Shown: positions 8,705 through 20,773 of the stretch, piece after piece | Layout of the letters: every line of letters starts with the position of its first letter | How positions within the stretch are numbered: the first letter of the stretch is position 1 | Assembly: GCA_000433675.1 (NCBI GenBank) | Contig: FR893558.1 | Coordinates: forward strand, 17,547-81,546 | Reading direction: 5' to 3' | Source: Clostridium sp. CAG:433 | Lineage (GTDB): Bacteria > Bacillota_I > Bacilli_A > RF39 > UBA660 | Length of the DNA: 64,000 nucleotides | Translations under genes and position numbers: made by a program | The notes under the pieces: generated by a model | Told to the model about the DNA's origin: nothing | What the model saw: only the letters and a program-made list of their open reading frames with translations | Databases searched by the model: none

Positions 8705-10486
8705 ATGAATCAAGATAAAATAAGAAATTTTTCAATAATTGCGCATATAGATCATGGAAAAAGTACAATAGCAGATAGAATGCTTGAGTTAACAGGAGCT
8801 GTTACAAAAAGAGAATCAAAAGATCAGATGCTTGATAATATGGATCTTGAAAGAGAAAGAGGAATAACAATAAAACTTAATGCAGTTAAGTTAAATTATA
8901 AGGGTTATACACTTCATTTAATAGATACTCCAGGTCATGTAGATTTTACATATGAAGTATCTAGAAGTTTAGCTGCCTGTGAAGGAGCAATTTTAGTAGT
9001 TGATGCAGCACAAGGAATAGAAGCACAAACACTAGCAAATGTATATTTAGCTTTAGAAAATGATTTAACTATAATACCAGTTATAAATAAGATAGATTTA
9101 CCTAATGCTGATGTTGATAAAGTAAAAAAAGAATTAAGAGAAGTACTTGGATTTAGTGATGATGAAATAATTTTGACAAGTGCAAAAACAGGTTTTGGTA
9201 TAGATAAATTACTTGATGCTGTAATAGACAGAATTCCATGCCCAAATGGTGAAATAAATTCTAATCTTAGAGGACTTATTTTTGATAGTGTATTTGATTC
9301 ATATAGAGGAGTAGTTATCCAAACTAGAATAGTAGATGGTAAATTAAAAGTAGGAGACAAGATAAGATTTATGAGTACAGGAGCAAGTCATGAAGTAACA
9401 GAACTTGGTGTATCAACTCCAAAAGAAGAAAAGGTAAAAGAACTTGTTTCTGGTGATGTTGGATATGTTTGTGCATCTATTAAAAAAATAAGTGATGTAA
9501 AAATAGGTGATACAATAACTCTTGATGATAATCCTGCTAAAGAAGTATTACCAGGTTATAAAGAAATAAAACCAATGGTATATTCAGGTATTTATCCAGT
9601 AGAAACAAATAAATATAATGATTTAAGGGATGCACTTGAAAAATTAAAACTAAATGATGCATCACTTACATTTGAACCTGAAACAAGTAAAGCTTTAGGA
9701 TTTGGTTTTAGATGTGGATTTTTAGGACTTCTTCATATGGATATAATAAAAGAAAGAATAGAAAGAGAATTTAATATTGAAATAATACTTACAAGTCCAT
9801 CAGTTATTTATACAGTAACGCTTACAAATGGTGATATAGTTTATGTTGATAATCCAACTAAACTTCCTGATAGACAGGTAATTAGTAAAATAGAAGAACC
9901 ATATATTAAAACAAATATTTTTGTACCAAGTGAATTTATAGGACCCGTTATGGAATTATGTCAAAATAAAAGAGGTAATTTTATAAATATGGATTATATT
10001 GATACAAGAGTAAATATACACTATGAACTTCCACTTTCTGAAATAGTATATGATTTCTTTGATAAATTAAAAAGTACAACAAAAGGTTATGCATCATTTG
10101 ATTATGAATTTATTGGTAATAAACAAAGTGATTTGGTTAAGGTTGATATAATGCTTAATGGTGATATAGTAGATGCATTTTCTATTATTACCCATAAAGA
10201 TTTTGCATATAAAAGAGGTAATGCAATTACTCAAAAATTAAAAGAAATAATCCCAAGACAATTATTTGAAGTACCTGTTCAAGCATGTTGTAATAATAAA
10301 GTTATTGCTAGATGTGATATAAAAGCAAATAGAAAAAATGTACTTGCTAAATGTTATGGTGGAGATATTTCAAGAAAAAGAAAATTACTAGAAAAACAAA
10401 AAGAAGGAAAAAAGAAAATGAAGACAATTGGAAGTGTAGAGCTTCCTCCTGAAGCATTCCTTGAAGTATTAAGTGTGGAGGATTAA
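8705..10486 (+). CDS. lepA: elongation factor 4
   Basis: [24 protein letters not shown]-motifs; 593 aa; LepA C-terminal domain. Confidence 0.9.
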   Translation: MNQDKIRNFSIIAHIDHGKSTIADRMLELTGAVTKRESKDQMLDNMDLERERGITIKLNAVKLNYKGYTLHLIDTPGHVDFTYEVSRSLAACEGAILVVDAAQGIEAQTLANVYLALENDLTIIPVINKIDLPNADVDKVKKELREVLGFSDDEIILTSAKTGFGIDKLLDAVIDRIPCPNGEINSNLRGLIFDSVFDSYRGVVIQTRIVDGKLKVGDKIRFMSTGASHEVTELGVSTPKEEKVKELVSGDVGYVCASIKKISDVKIGDTITLDDNPAKEVLPGYKEIKPMVYSGIYPVETNKYNDLRDALEKLKLNDASLTFEPETSKALGFGFRCGFLGLLHMDIIKERIEREFNIEIILTSPSVIYTVTLTNGDIVYVDNPTKLPDRQVISKIEEPYIKTNIFVPSEFIGPVMELCQNKRGNFINMDYIDTRVNIHYELPLSEIVYDFFDKLKSTTKGYASFDYEFIGNKQSDLVKVDIMLNGDIVDAFSIITHKDFAYKRGNAITQKLKEIIPRQLFEVPVQACCNNKVIARCDIKANRKNVLAKCYGGDISRKRKLLEKQKEGKKKMKTIGSVELPPEAFLEVLSVED

Positions 10487-10487
10487 C

Positions 10488-10805
10488 ATGGATAAAAACA
10501 TGGAAGAAAAAATAAGAGTAGTCGCAAATTATATAGTAGATAATAAAGCAACTATTATAAAAACTGCAGAACATTTTAATATGTCACCTAGTTCAATAAA
10601 AAAGTATATAAATAGTAAAGATAAACTTCAAAGTATTGATATAGAACTATTTAAAAAAGTAAAAGAAACACTAATGGGTATAACTTTAGTTGGACAAATA
10701 GATCATATTAACAAAGAAAAAAATAACAATTTAGAAGGAAAAGATATAATTTGCGGTATGCATGAAAATCATCAACAAAAAATCAAAGTATTAAAAAAAC
10801 TATAA
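10488..10805 (+). CDS. SpoIIID-like small HTH DNA-binding protein
   Basis: ATG 10488 after GTGGAGGA RBS. ~105 aa; EEKIRVVANYIVDNKATIIKTAEHFNMSPSSIKKYI has the architecture of the SpoIIID helix-turn-helix. Confidence 0.35.
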   Translation: MDKNMEEKIRVVANYIVDNKATIIKTAEHFNMSPSSIKKYINSKDKLQSIDIELFKKVKETLMGITLVGQIDHINKEKNNNLEGKDIICGMHENHQQKIKVLKKL

Positions 10806-10882
10806 AATATAATTAGAATATATTTTTGTAGTTTTTTTTCTTTTATTATGATATAATTTTTATTGAATAGAGGAAGATAGTT

Positions 10883-11962
10883 ATGGTAAAAAGTGCATAT
10901 ATACATATACCTTTTTGTAATAATATTTGTAGTTATTGTGATTTTTGTAAACTCTTATATAATAAAGATTTTGTTAAAAAATATTTAGATGCATTAGAAA
11001 AAGAAATTTCTAATAATTATAAGGGCGAAATATTAGATACAATTTATATTGGTGGTGGAACACCTTCCTCTTTAAGTATAGTAGAGTTAAATAAGTTATT
11101 TTCTATTATCAAAATATTTAAATTAAGTAAAGAATATGAATTTACTTTTGAAGTAAATATAGAAGATATAACAGAAGAAAAATTAGAAATATTAAAAGAA
11201 AATAAAGTAAATAGGTTAAGCATTGGAATAGAATCATTTAATGATAAATATTTAAAATATTTAGGTAGAAATTATACTTCTGATATAATAAATGAAAAGG
11301 TAGAATTTGCTAAAAAGTATTTTGATAATATAAATGTAGATTTAATGTATGCACTAAAAAATGAAAGTTTAGATGATTTAGAAGAAGACATAGATAAAAT
11401 ACTTAAACTTGATATAAAGCATATATCTTGCTATTCATTAATAATAGAAAAAAATACTAAACTTTATATTGATAATACAAAGTATATATCTGATGATCTT
11501 GATAGTGATATGTATGATCTTATAGATAAAAAATTAGAGAATAAATATCATAGATATGAAGTAAGTAATTATTCTATTAAACCTTATGAATCAAGGCATA
11601 ATTTAACATATTGGGAAAATAATGAATATTATGGATTTGGTTTGGGAGCAGCTGGTTATATAGGTAATATAAGATACACAAATACTAGAAATTTATCTAA
11701 ATATATATGCGGTAATTATGAAAGGCAAAATGAATTACTTACTAAAGAAGATAAAATAAAGTATGAATTTATATTAGGTTTAAGACTTACAAAGGGAATA
11801 AATAAAGATAATTTTAATAGAAAATATGATATAAATATAAATGAAATAGAAGTTATAAAAGAATTAATTAATAAAGGATTATTAATTGATGATAAAATAA
11901 ATATATATGTACCTAAAAAATATTTTTATGTATTAAACGATATATTAGTAAATTTTGTATAA
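10883..11962 (+). CDS. hemW: radical-SAM heme chaperone HemW (HemN-like)
   Basis: AYIHIPFCNNICSYCDFC (CxxxCxxC); YIGGGTPS; lepA-hemW adjacency; upstream TATAAT at ~10848. Confidence 0.85.
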   Translation: MVKSAYIHIPFCNNICSYCDFCKLLYNKDFVKKYLDALEKEISNNYKGEILDTIYIGGGTPSSLSIVELNKLFSIIKIFKLSKEYEFTFEVNIEDITEEKLEILKENKVNRLSIGIESFNDKYLKYLGRNYTSDIINEKVEFAKKYFDNINVDLMYALKNESLDDLEEDIDKILKLDIKHISCYSLIIEKNTKLYIDNTKYISDDLDSDMYDLIDKKLENKYHRYEVSNYSIKPYESRHNLTYWENNEYYGFGLGAAGYIGNIRYTNTRNLSKYICGNYERQNELLTKEDKIKYEFILGLRLTKGINKDNFNRKYDININEIEVIKELINKGLLIDDKINIYVPKKYFYVLNDILVNFV

Positions 11963-11976
11963 AGGAGAATAAAAAG

Positions 11977-12360
11977 ATGAATGAAGAAAAGAAATTGAAT
12001 GATGATTTTGAAATGATTGATTTTGAAGAGGCATCAGATGAAAATATAGAAACATTGGATGAAACTGATAATAATAGTGAAGAAATTAAGGGTACAATTT
12101 TTGATAATAATAGTACTCAAAATGATAATAAATTGCAAAATCAAAATACTGAAGGAACTGTTATTGATGTAAATAGACTATTTGATGTTCATGAAAAAGA
12201 AGAACAAATTGCAGAGGAAGAAATAAAAAAAGAAGAGAATAAAAAAGATAATAGAATATTAAAAATTCAAGTAGGTTTAATAGTTGCACTTATTTTAATC
12301 GCATCTTTAGTATATTTCTTTGGATATGATTTACTTGAACCATTTATTAAGGTAGATTAG
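11977..12360 (+). CDS. hypothetical acidic protein with C-terminal TM helix
   Basis: Asp/Glu/Asn-rich N-terminus, LKIQVGLIVALILIASLVYFFGY near the C-terminus; first gene of an insertion between hemW and hrcA. Confidence 0.4.
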   Translation: MNEEKKLNDDFEMIDFEEASDENIETLDETDNNSEEIKGTIFDNNSTQNDNKLQNQNTEGTVIDVNRLFDVHEKEEQIAEEEIKKEENKKDNRILKIQVGLIVALILIASLVYFFGYDLLEPFIKVD

Positions 12361-12372
12361 TGGAGAAGAAAA

Positions 12373-14382
12373 ATGAAATATAAAAATGGAGAAGAATTTT
12401 TAAATAAATTATATAGAGAAATGCATACAAGTAGTGAGGTTGTGTATAAAGCAAGTTCCAGTGATACACCAGAAGAAAAAATAAGAAAATATCTATCAAG
12501 ACTAGAACATACACATGAACTTTCTAAAAAGAATGAACATAGTTTAGAATTATTAAAAAAATTTTACTATGATAAGTATTTGATTAAAGAACTACCTGAA
12601 TCATATGTGAATCATCAAAAGGAAATAGCAAGAAAAGAAGGCTATGGAAATGTTTATGTTTCTGATGAAATGAAACAAGGAATGTTAGATCAAGTTAGGA
12701 AAGATCAAAAGTCTACACTTGACTTATGGATTGATTACTTTATAAGTGAAGACTCTATGTATCCAACATGGTTTAAAGTTTATGCGTTTAAGGGAATGTT
12801 AGGTTTAAGTGCATTTAATAAAGAAAAACAAGAGTTTGGTAAAAGAACAGATAAAACAACATTCCCATTTATTGATTTAAATATGGAAGCTTTATCAAAA
12901 GTATATGATATATTAAAAGACGAAATTGGTGAAAATAACCTAACTGATGAAGAACTAGAAATATTATCAAAAGGTGAAAGTTTTAAGAAACTATATACTT
13001 ACTATTTTACAAATCAAGATTCAAAAATAATAAATAATGATGAAACAGAAGGAATATGGGTTAAATATGATATGGGGTCTGATTATATGCCGTTATGGGA
13101 ATCACTACAAGGTAAAAATACAGGATGGTGTACCGCAGGAAAAGAAACCGCAAAAATTCAACTTGAGGGTGGGGACTTTTATGTATATTATACGAAAGAT
13201 GAAACTGATGAATATAAAAATCCAAGAATAGCAATAAGAATGAATGGAAAAAATGAAATTGCTGAAGTAAGAGGAACTAGTAAAAATCAAAATCTGGAAT
13301 CAAATATGGAACCAATACTTGATAAGAAATTAGAAGAATTCCATAACAAAGATAAATATAAAAAGAAAGTTCACGATATGAAACTTTTAACATTAATAGA
13401 AGAAAAGACAAAAAATAATCTAGAATTATCATTAGATGATTTAAAATTTTTATATGAGGTAGATTCAGAAATAGAAGGGTTTGGATATGAAAAAGATCCT
13501 AGAATTGAAGAAATTATTTCTAAAAGAGATAAAAGAAAAGATATTGCGAGGGTTTATAGTGTTAAAGAAGACGAAGTTGCGTTATCTCACAAAGAGTGGA
13601 AAGAAAATAAAGAAAAGGTAAAAATCTGTTGTGGGAATTTATATTTAAATGATTTAAAAAGTGCAAAAGGTTTAAAATTGCCAAACATAGTAATAGGTGG
13701 GGTATCTTTAGATAATTTAACGAGTTCTGAAGGTTTAGTATTACCAGATATAATAAAAGGGAATTTATATTTAGAAAATTTAACGAGTGCTAAAGGCTTA
13801 AAATTGCCGAGCACAATAATTGGGTATTTGAATTTAGAAAAGTTAATAAGCGCTGAAGGTTTAAAGTTACCAAACACAATAAATGGACGTTTATATTTAG
13901 ATAGCTTAACAAGTGCTGAAGGCTTAATATTGCCAGATACAATGAATGGATATTTATGTTTAAAGAGTTTAACGAGTGCTAAAGGCTTAAAATTACCAAA
14001 AACAATAACTGGACATTTAAATTTGAGTGGTTTAAAAAATGCTAAAGACTTAAAATTACCAGATACAATAAATGTGGATTTAAATTTAAGTGGATTGATA
14101 AGCGCTAAAGACTTAAAATTGCCAAACGTAATAAATGGAGATTTATATTTACATAGCTTAACAAGTGCCAAAGACTTAAAATTACCAAGAACAATAACTG
14201 GAGATTTATATTTAAAAGGTTTAACAAGCATCGAAGGTTTAGTATTACCAATTTCATTATTTGGTAGAGTTTATTCGAAAATTGATATTCCTGAAACATG
14301 TTTTATTCCTGATGAAGAATATTATAAATATATAAACGAAGATAAAAATAATGAAAATGATGAAAGAATAAGAAAAATATAA
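12373..14382 (+). CDS. large protein: N-terminal Cys-containing domain + ~14 tandem 20-residue leucine-rich-like repeats
   Basis: Repeat consensus G.LYL..LTSAKGLKLP.TI iterated from ~aa 415 to 630; N-domain motif NTGWCTAGKETAKIQLEGGDFYVYYTKDETDEYKNPRIAIRMNG. Confidence 0.6.
   Translation: MKYKNGEEFLNKLYREMHTSSEVVYKASSSDTPEEKIRKYLSRLEHTHELSKKNEHSLELLKKFYYDKYLIKELPESYVNHQKEIARKEGYGNVYVSDEMKQGMLDQVRKDQKSTLDLWIDYFISEDSMYPTWFKVYAFKGMLGLSAFNKEKQEFGKRTDKTTFPFIDLNMEALSKVYDILKDEIGENNLTDEELEILSKGESFKKLYTYYFTNQDSKIINNDETEGIWVKYDMGSDYMPLWESLQGKNTGWCTAGKETAKIQLEGGDFYVYYTKDETDEYKNPRIAIRMNGKNEIAEVRGTSKNQNLESNMEPILDKKLEEFHNKDKYKKKVHDMKLLTLIEEKTKNNLELSLDDLKFLYEVDSEIEGFGYEKDPRIEEIISKRDKRKDIARVYSVKEDEVALSHKEWKENKEKVKICCGNLYLNDLKSAKGLKLPNIVIGGVSLDNLTSSEGLVLPDIIKGNLYLENLTSAKGLKLPSTIIGYLNLEKLISAEGLKLPNTINGRLYLDSLTSAEGLILPDTMNGYLCLKSLTSAKGLKLPKTITGHLNLSGLKNAKDLKLPDTINVDLNLSGLISAKDLKLPNVINGDLYLHSLTSAKDLKLPRTITGDLYLKGLTSIEGLVLPISLFGRVYSKIDIPETCFIPDEEYYKYINEDKNNENDERIRKI
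13620..14260 (+). repeat. tandem 60-nt coding repeats (20-aa LRR-like units)
   Basis: Direct periodicity of 60 nt, in frame, inside CDS 12373..14382. Confidence 0.7.
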
Positions 14383-14396
14383 AATAAAGATAGATT

Positions 14397-14428
14397 AAAC
14401 ATTTAGAATTTTCTAAATGTTTTTTTAT
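14397..14428 (+). terminator. rho-independent terminator
   Basis: AAACATTTAGAA-tt-TTCTAAATGTTT then TTTTATT. Confidence 0.6.
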
Positions 14429-14484
14429 TGACTAATTTATCAAATTTCTATAAAATATATAACCGTGAAAAAGAGGTGCATTAT

Positions 14485-15402
14485 ATGAAAAATATAGAAG
14501 AATTATTACCTAAAAATATATGTGAGATAAATGGTAAAACAATTAAAATTACAAGTGATGAATTTTATGATTTTACTATTAATAAAAAATTTAATAATAT
14601 GGGTATGTTAAGCTTTGAAATATATGACGCAAGTAAAAGAAGTCATCAGAGTGTCATAAATGCTTATCAATTTATTAAATATTTAAATGAAAATAAAGTA
14701 AAAAGTATAAATATAAATGCATCTGATGAGTTAATTCCGGTTTATATTGATGTATTAAATAGATTAAATTATAATGGAAAATGTAATATATCATTATATA
14801 TAGAGAGAATGAATATGAATGAAAAGGAACATTTACCACTTGATTTAGATAATTCTAAAGACAAAATAGATATTCCAGCAAGAAGACTTATTTGGCAACC
14901 TAAACTTACAAAATTAGAAAATGTAATTGAAAATAGTACATTAAGTCAGGCAAAGATGTTAAAAAGACATATTCTTAGTATTTCAAATGATATAAATGAA
15001 AAGTATAATATTGATGATTTAAATTTTTATGACAGAATTTTATATATTTACAATTATATAAATAATCTTAATCTTGATGGTAAAGATTCTTTATATATAT
15101 CAAATTTAATAAGTGCACTTCTTAATAACCCTGTTTTAAAAGTAGATGCTAAAGTTATAACGGGCAAAGTTGATGATTCTGATTACTCAATTGTTGGAAT
15201 AGTAAATAGTGAGAGTGAGAACATTTTAGAATGCACCGCAATAACTAATAATCCATTTGAAAAAAAGAATATAGAAGTAGATAAACCAGAAATATTACTT
15301 TCAAAAACTCAAAATTTAGATTCTTATTTATATAGTCATTATAATATAGATAAAGATTCTGAAAAGAAATTAATAAAACATTTTGATAGTTTAAGAAAAT
15401 AA
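14485..15402 (+). CDS. hypothetical protein
   Basis: ATG 14485 behind AAGAGGTG RBS (tool start TTG 14428 lies inside the terminator); no recognisable motifs. Confidence 0.45.
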   Translation: MKNIEELLPKNICEINGKTIKITSDEFYDFTINKKFNNMGMLSFEIYDASKRSHQSVINAYQFIKYLNENKVKSININASDELIPVYIDVLNRLNYNGKCNISLYIERMNMNEKEHLPLDLDNSKDKIDIPARRLIWQPKLTKLENVIENSTLSQAKMLKRHILSISNDINEKYNIDDLNFYDRILYIYNYINNLNLDGKDSLYISNLISALLNNPVLKVDAKVITGKVDDSDYSIVGIVNSESENILECTAITNNPFEKKNIEVDKPEILLSKTQNLDSYLYSHYNIDKDSEKKLIKHFDSLRK

Positions 15403-15444
15403 AATATGATGTAAAATTCATATTTTTTTAATATTTCAAAATAA

Positions 15445-15486
15445 TTAGCACTCATCTATTGACATTGCTAAAATAAGTGCTATAAT
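15445..15486 (+). promoter_or_regulatory. hrcA sigmaA promoter (TTGACA-17-TATAAT) overlapped by an atypical CIRCE (HrcA operator)
   Basis: TTAGCACTC (15445-53) -9 nt- CATTGCTAA (7/9 to GAGTGCTAA), and a second right-half-like AAGTGCTATAA overlapping the -10. Confidence 0.5.
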
Positions 15487-15517
15487 TAGATTGTACACTT
15501 GGATTAGAGGTGAATAT

Positions 15518-16507
15518 ATGCTTACAGAAAGACAAAGTGCTATATTAAAAATTATAGTTGAAGAGTATATAAAAGTACCAAAGCCAGTTGGTTCAAAATC
15601 TATTTGTGATTCATTAAATGTATCTAGTGCGACAGTTAGAAATGAAATGGCTAACTTAGAAGATTTAGGATACTTAGAAAAAACACATGTATCATCAGGT
15701 AGAGTTCCATCTGAGAAAGGTTATAGATATTACGTTGATAATTTAATGAAGCCAAAAGAAATGAGTGGTGAAGATGTATTAAAACTTCAAACAATATTTC
15801 AAAATAATTCATTAGTATTAAGCGATGCAATAATAAAAAGCCTAGAGATAATATCTGAAATGACTAATTATACAGCAGTTATATTAAAGGATAATGCTTT
15901 GGAAAGTAAACTTAAAAAAGTTGAAGCAATTCCAATTGATGAAAATAATGTAACAGCTATCCTTGTAACAGATAAAGGACATGTTGAAAATAAAATAATT
16001 AATATAACAGGTTCTAATCTAGAGGAAGTAAATAAAACTGTTGAACTTATTAATAAACTTATTGTTGGTACTCCAATTGATGAAGTTACATCTAAACTAG
16101 AATTTGAAATTAAACCAATTATTAATCAATATGTAAAACATCATGAAATACTTTATAATGCGTTCTATAATGCATTTAATAATTTTAAAGATAGTGCAGA
16201 TATGACTATGAGGGGTAAAAATAATTTACTTGAACTTGATGAATTTTCATCTGATGCTAGAAAAATTAAAGATTTAGTTAATAAGTTTGATAATGAAAAT
16301 ATTGTTTCTAAGATTAAAGAAGATGACTCTGGTATAAATGTGTACATAGGTAATGAAAACAACATAGATGATGATTTGACAGTAATAAAAACAAAATATA
16401 ATGTAAATGGTAGAGAAGGAACACTTGCGATTCTAGGACCAAAAAGAATGGAATATGATAGAGTTGTAAGTTTACTTGAATACTTAAAAGAAGAGATTGA
16501 AAAGTAA
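15518..16507 (+). CDS. hrcA: heat-inducible transcription repressor HrcA
   Basis: MLTERQSAILKIIVEEYIK..PVGSKS N-terminal wHTH; ATG 15518 behind AGAGGTGA RBS; upstream CIRCE; precedes grpE-dnaK. Confidence 0.85.
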   Translation: MLTERQSAILKIIVEEYIKVPKPVGSKSICDSLNVSSATVRNEMANLEDLGYLEKTHVSSGRVPSEKGYRYYVDNLMKPKEMSGEDVLKLQTIFQNNSLVLSDAIIKSLEIISEMTNYTAVILKDNALESKLKKVEAIPIDENNVTAILVTDKGHVENKIINITGSNLEEVNKTVELINKLIVGTPIDEVTSKLEFEIKPIINQYVKHHEILYNAFYNAFNNFKDSADMTMRGKNNLLELDEFSSDARKIKDLVNKFDNENIVSKIKEDDSGINVYIGNENNIDDDLTVIKTKYNVNGREGTLAILGPKRMEYDRVVSLLEYLKEEIEK

Positions 16508-16519
16508 GGAGGTTTCTTT

Positions 16520-18891
<2,372 letters not shown>

Positions 18892-18901
18892 TAAATAGAA
18901 G

Positions 18902-18936
18902 TTTAGAAGTCCAATAGTGGGCTTCTAAATTTGTTT
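18902..18936 (+). terminator. weak hairpin/attenuating terminator between dnaK and pepF
   Basis: TTTAGAAG-12nt-CTTCTAAA then TTTGTTT. Confidence 0.35.
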
Positions 18937-18952
18937 AATAAAAGGAGAACAT

Positions 18953-20761
18953 ATGACTGAAATAATAAAAGATAGAAGTATGATTGATGATAAATATAAA
19001 TGGGATTTAACTAAGGTATATAAAACAAATGATGATTTTGAAAGTGACTGCAAGAAAGTAAAAAATTTAATTACAGAATATAGAAAAAAGTATGAAAATC
19101 ATACTATGGATAACGCTAAAATATTTTATGATTCTATAGTTGATGAAATAGAAATAGAAAGATTACTTGAAAAATTATATAGTTATTCAAATCTAAAAAA
19201 AGATGAAGATGTAGCAAATACAGAAAATCAAGAACTTAGAAGTAAGGTTGTTAATTTATATGATTATGCATCTAAGAACATGTTTTTTACAAGTACTGAA
19301 ATGTTAAAAAAAGATTATTCTTTAATAGAAGATTTTTATAAAGAGGAACCAAGACTTTTAGAACATGAAAATAATTTGAAAGATTCATTTAGATATAAAA
19401 AATATATGTTGTCTGATGAAGAAGAAAAATTATTATCAAATATATCAAAAGCATTTGGTAATGATGAAGAAACATATGGTTATTTAGTTGATTCTGATAT
19501 GACTTTTGGTGAAATTAAAGATGAAAATGGTAATATGGTAGAACTTACTGATACAAATTATAGTGTTTATATAGAGTCTAAAAATAGAAGTGTTAGAAAA
19601 GATGCTTTTGAATCATTATATAATCATTATAAACAATTTAAAAATACAATTACATCATTATTTAATGGTTCTATTAATGAAAGTGTTAGTATGGCAAAAT
19701 TAAGAGGATATCCTTCAGCATTTTTGGCATCACTTTATAAAGATGATATGAAAGAAAGTGTTTATAATACTTTAGTAGATACAATTCATAATAATTTAGA
19801 TGTATATCAAAAATATTATGAATTAAAAAAAGAAGTTCTTAATCTAGATGAATTACATTTATATGATATATATACTCCTATGATAGATGAAGGAGATAAA
19901 AAGTATTCATTTGAAGAAGCTAAAGAAATGGTTTTAAATGCACTTAGTGTTTTAGGTGATGATTACGTTAATAACTTTAAAAAAATCTTTGATGAAAAAT
20001 GGGTAGATGTTTATCCAAATAAAAATAAAAGAGGAGGAGCATACTCTGGTGGATGTTATGATACATATCCATATATTCTTTTAAACTATCAAGGATCACT
20101 TAATGATGTATCAACACTTGCACATGAAGGTGGACATTCTATGCATACTTACTATACTGTAAATAATCAGCCTATTCAGTATGGAAGTTATCCAATATTT
20201 GTGGCTGAAGTAGCAAGTACTGTAAATGAAATATTACTTTCAAAATATTTACTTAAAACAAGTAAAAATAAAGAAGAAAAACTAATTGTACTTAATAAAT
20301 TACTTGAATTATTTAAAGGTACAATATATCGTCAAGTTATGTTTTCTGAATTTGAAAAATACGCATATGATTTAATAGAAAATGATGATGTAATTACATC
20401 TGATAAATTATGTGATAAATACTATGAACTAAATAAATTATATTTTGGTGAAAATGTAGTAGTAGATGATTTAATTAGATATGAATGGGAAAAAGTTCCT
20501 CATTTCTATTATGATTTCTATGTATATAAATATGCGACAGGAATAAGTGCTGCATGTAAAATAGCAGAAGGTATTTTAAATAATGTAGAGGGAGCACTAG
20601 ATAATTATTTAAAAATGCTTAAAAATGGATGCAGAGAAAATCCTTTAAATACATTAAAAATTGCAGGAGTAGATATGGAAGATAAAGAAGTATACGAAAG
20701 TGCGATTAGAATGTTTGATGAAGCAATAGAAGAATTTAGAACTTTATCAAATGAAAAATAG
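18953..20761 (+). CDS. pepF: oligoendopeptidase F (M3B)
   Basis: HEGGHSMH zinc motif; 602 aa. Confidence 0.85.
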   Translation: MTEIIKDRSMIDDKYKWDLTKVYKTNDDFESDCKKVKNLITEYRKKYENHTMDNAKIFYDSIVDEIEIERLLEKLYSYSNLKKDEDVANTENQELRSKVVNLYDYASKNMFFTSTEMLKKDYSLIEDFYKEEPRLLEHENNLKDSFRYKKYMLSDEEEKLLSNISKAFGNDEETYGYLVDSDMTFGEIKDENGNMVELTDTNYSVYIESKNRSVRKDAFESLYNHYKQFKNTITSLFNGSINESVSMAKLRGYPSAFLASLYKDDMKESVYNTLVDTIHNNLDVYQKYYELKKEVLNLDELHLYDIYTPMIDEGDKKYSFEEAKEMVLNALSVLGDDYVNNFKKIFDEKWVDVYPNKNKRGGAYSGGCYDTYPYILLNYQGSLNDVSTLAHEGGHSMHTYYTVNNQPIQYGSYPIFVAEVASTVNEILLSKYLLKTSKNKEEKLIVLNKLLELFKGTIYRQVMFSEFEKYAYDLIENDDVITSDKLCDKYYELNKLYFGENVVVDDLIRYEWEKVPHFYYDFYVYKYATGISAACKIAEGILNNVEGALDNYLKMLKNGCRENPLNTLKIAGVDMEDKEVYESAIRMFDEAIEEFRTLSNEK

Positions 20762-20773
20762 AGGTGAAGTAAA

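Noticed and set aside
8935-9360. 141-aa minus-strand ORF inside lepA
   Set aside because: Overlaps a highly conserved GTPase gene on the other strand and has low-complexity composition. Classic shadow ORF in AT-rich DNA.
13587-14231. 214-aa minus-strand ORF with FGNFK[PS]LALVKL repeats
   Set aside because: It is the antisense reading of the 60-nt tandem repeats inside CDS 12373..14382. It has no RBS and sits fully inside a better-supported gene.
13620-14260. Possible CRISPR-like array (regular 60-nt repeats)
   Set aside because: Repeats are directly adjacent with no spacers. They are in frame inside a long ORF and encode a coherent amino-acid repeat, so this is a protein solenoid, not CRISPR.
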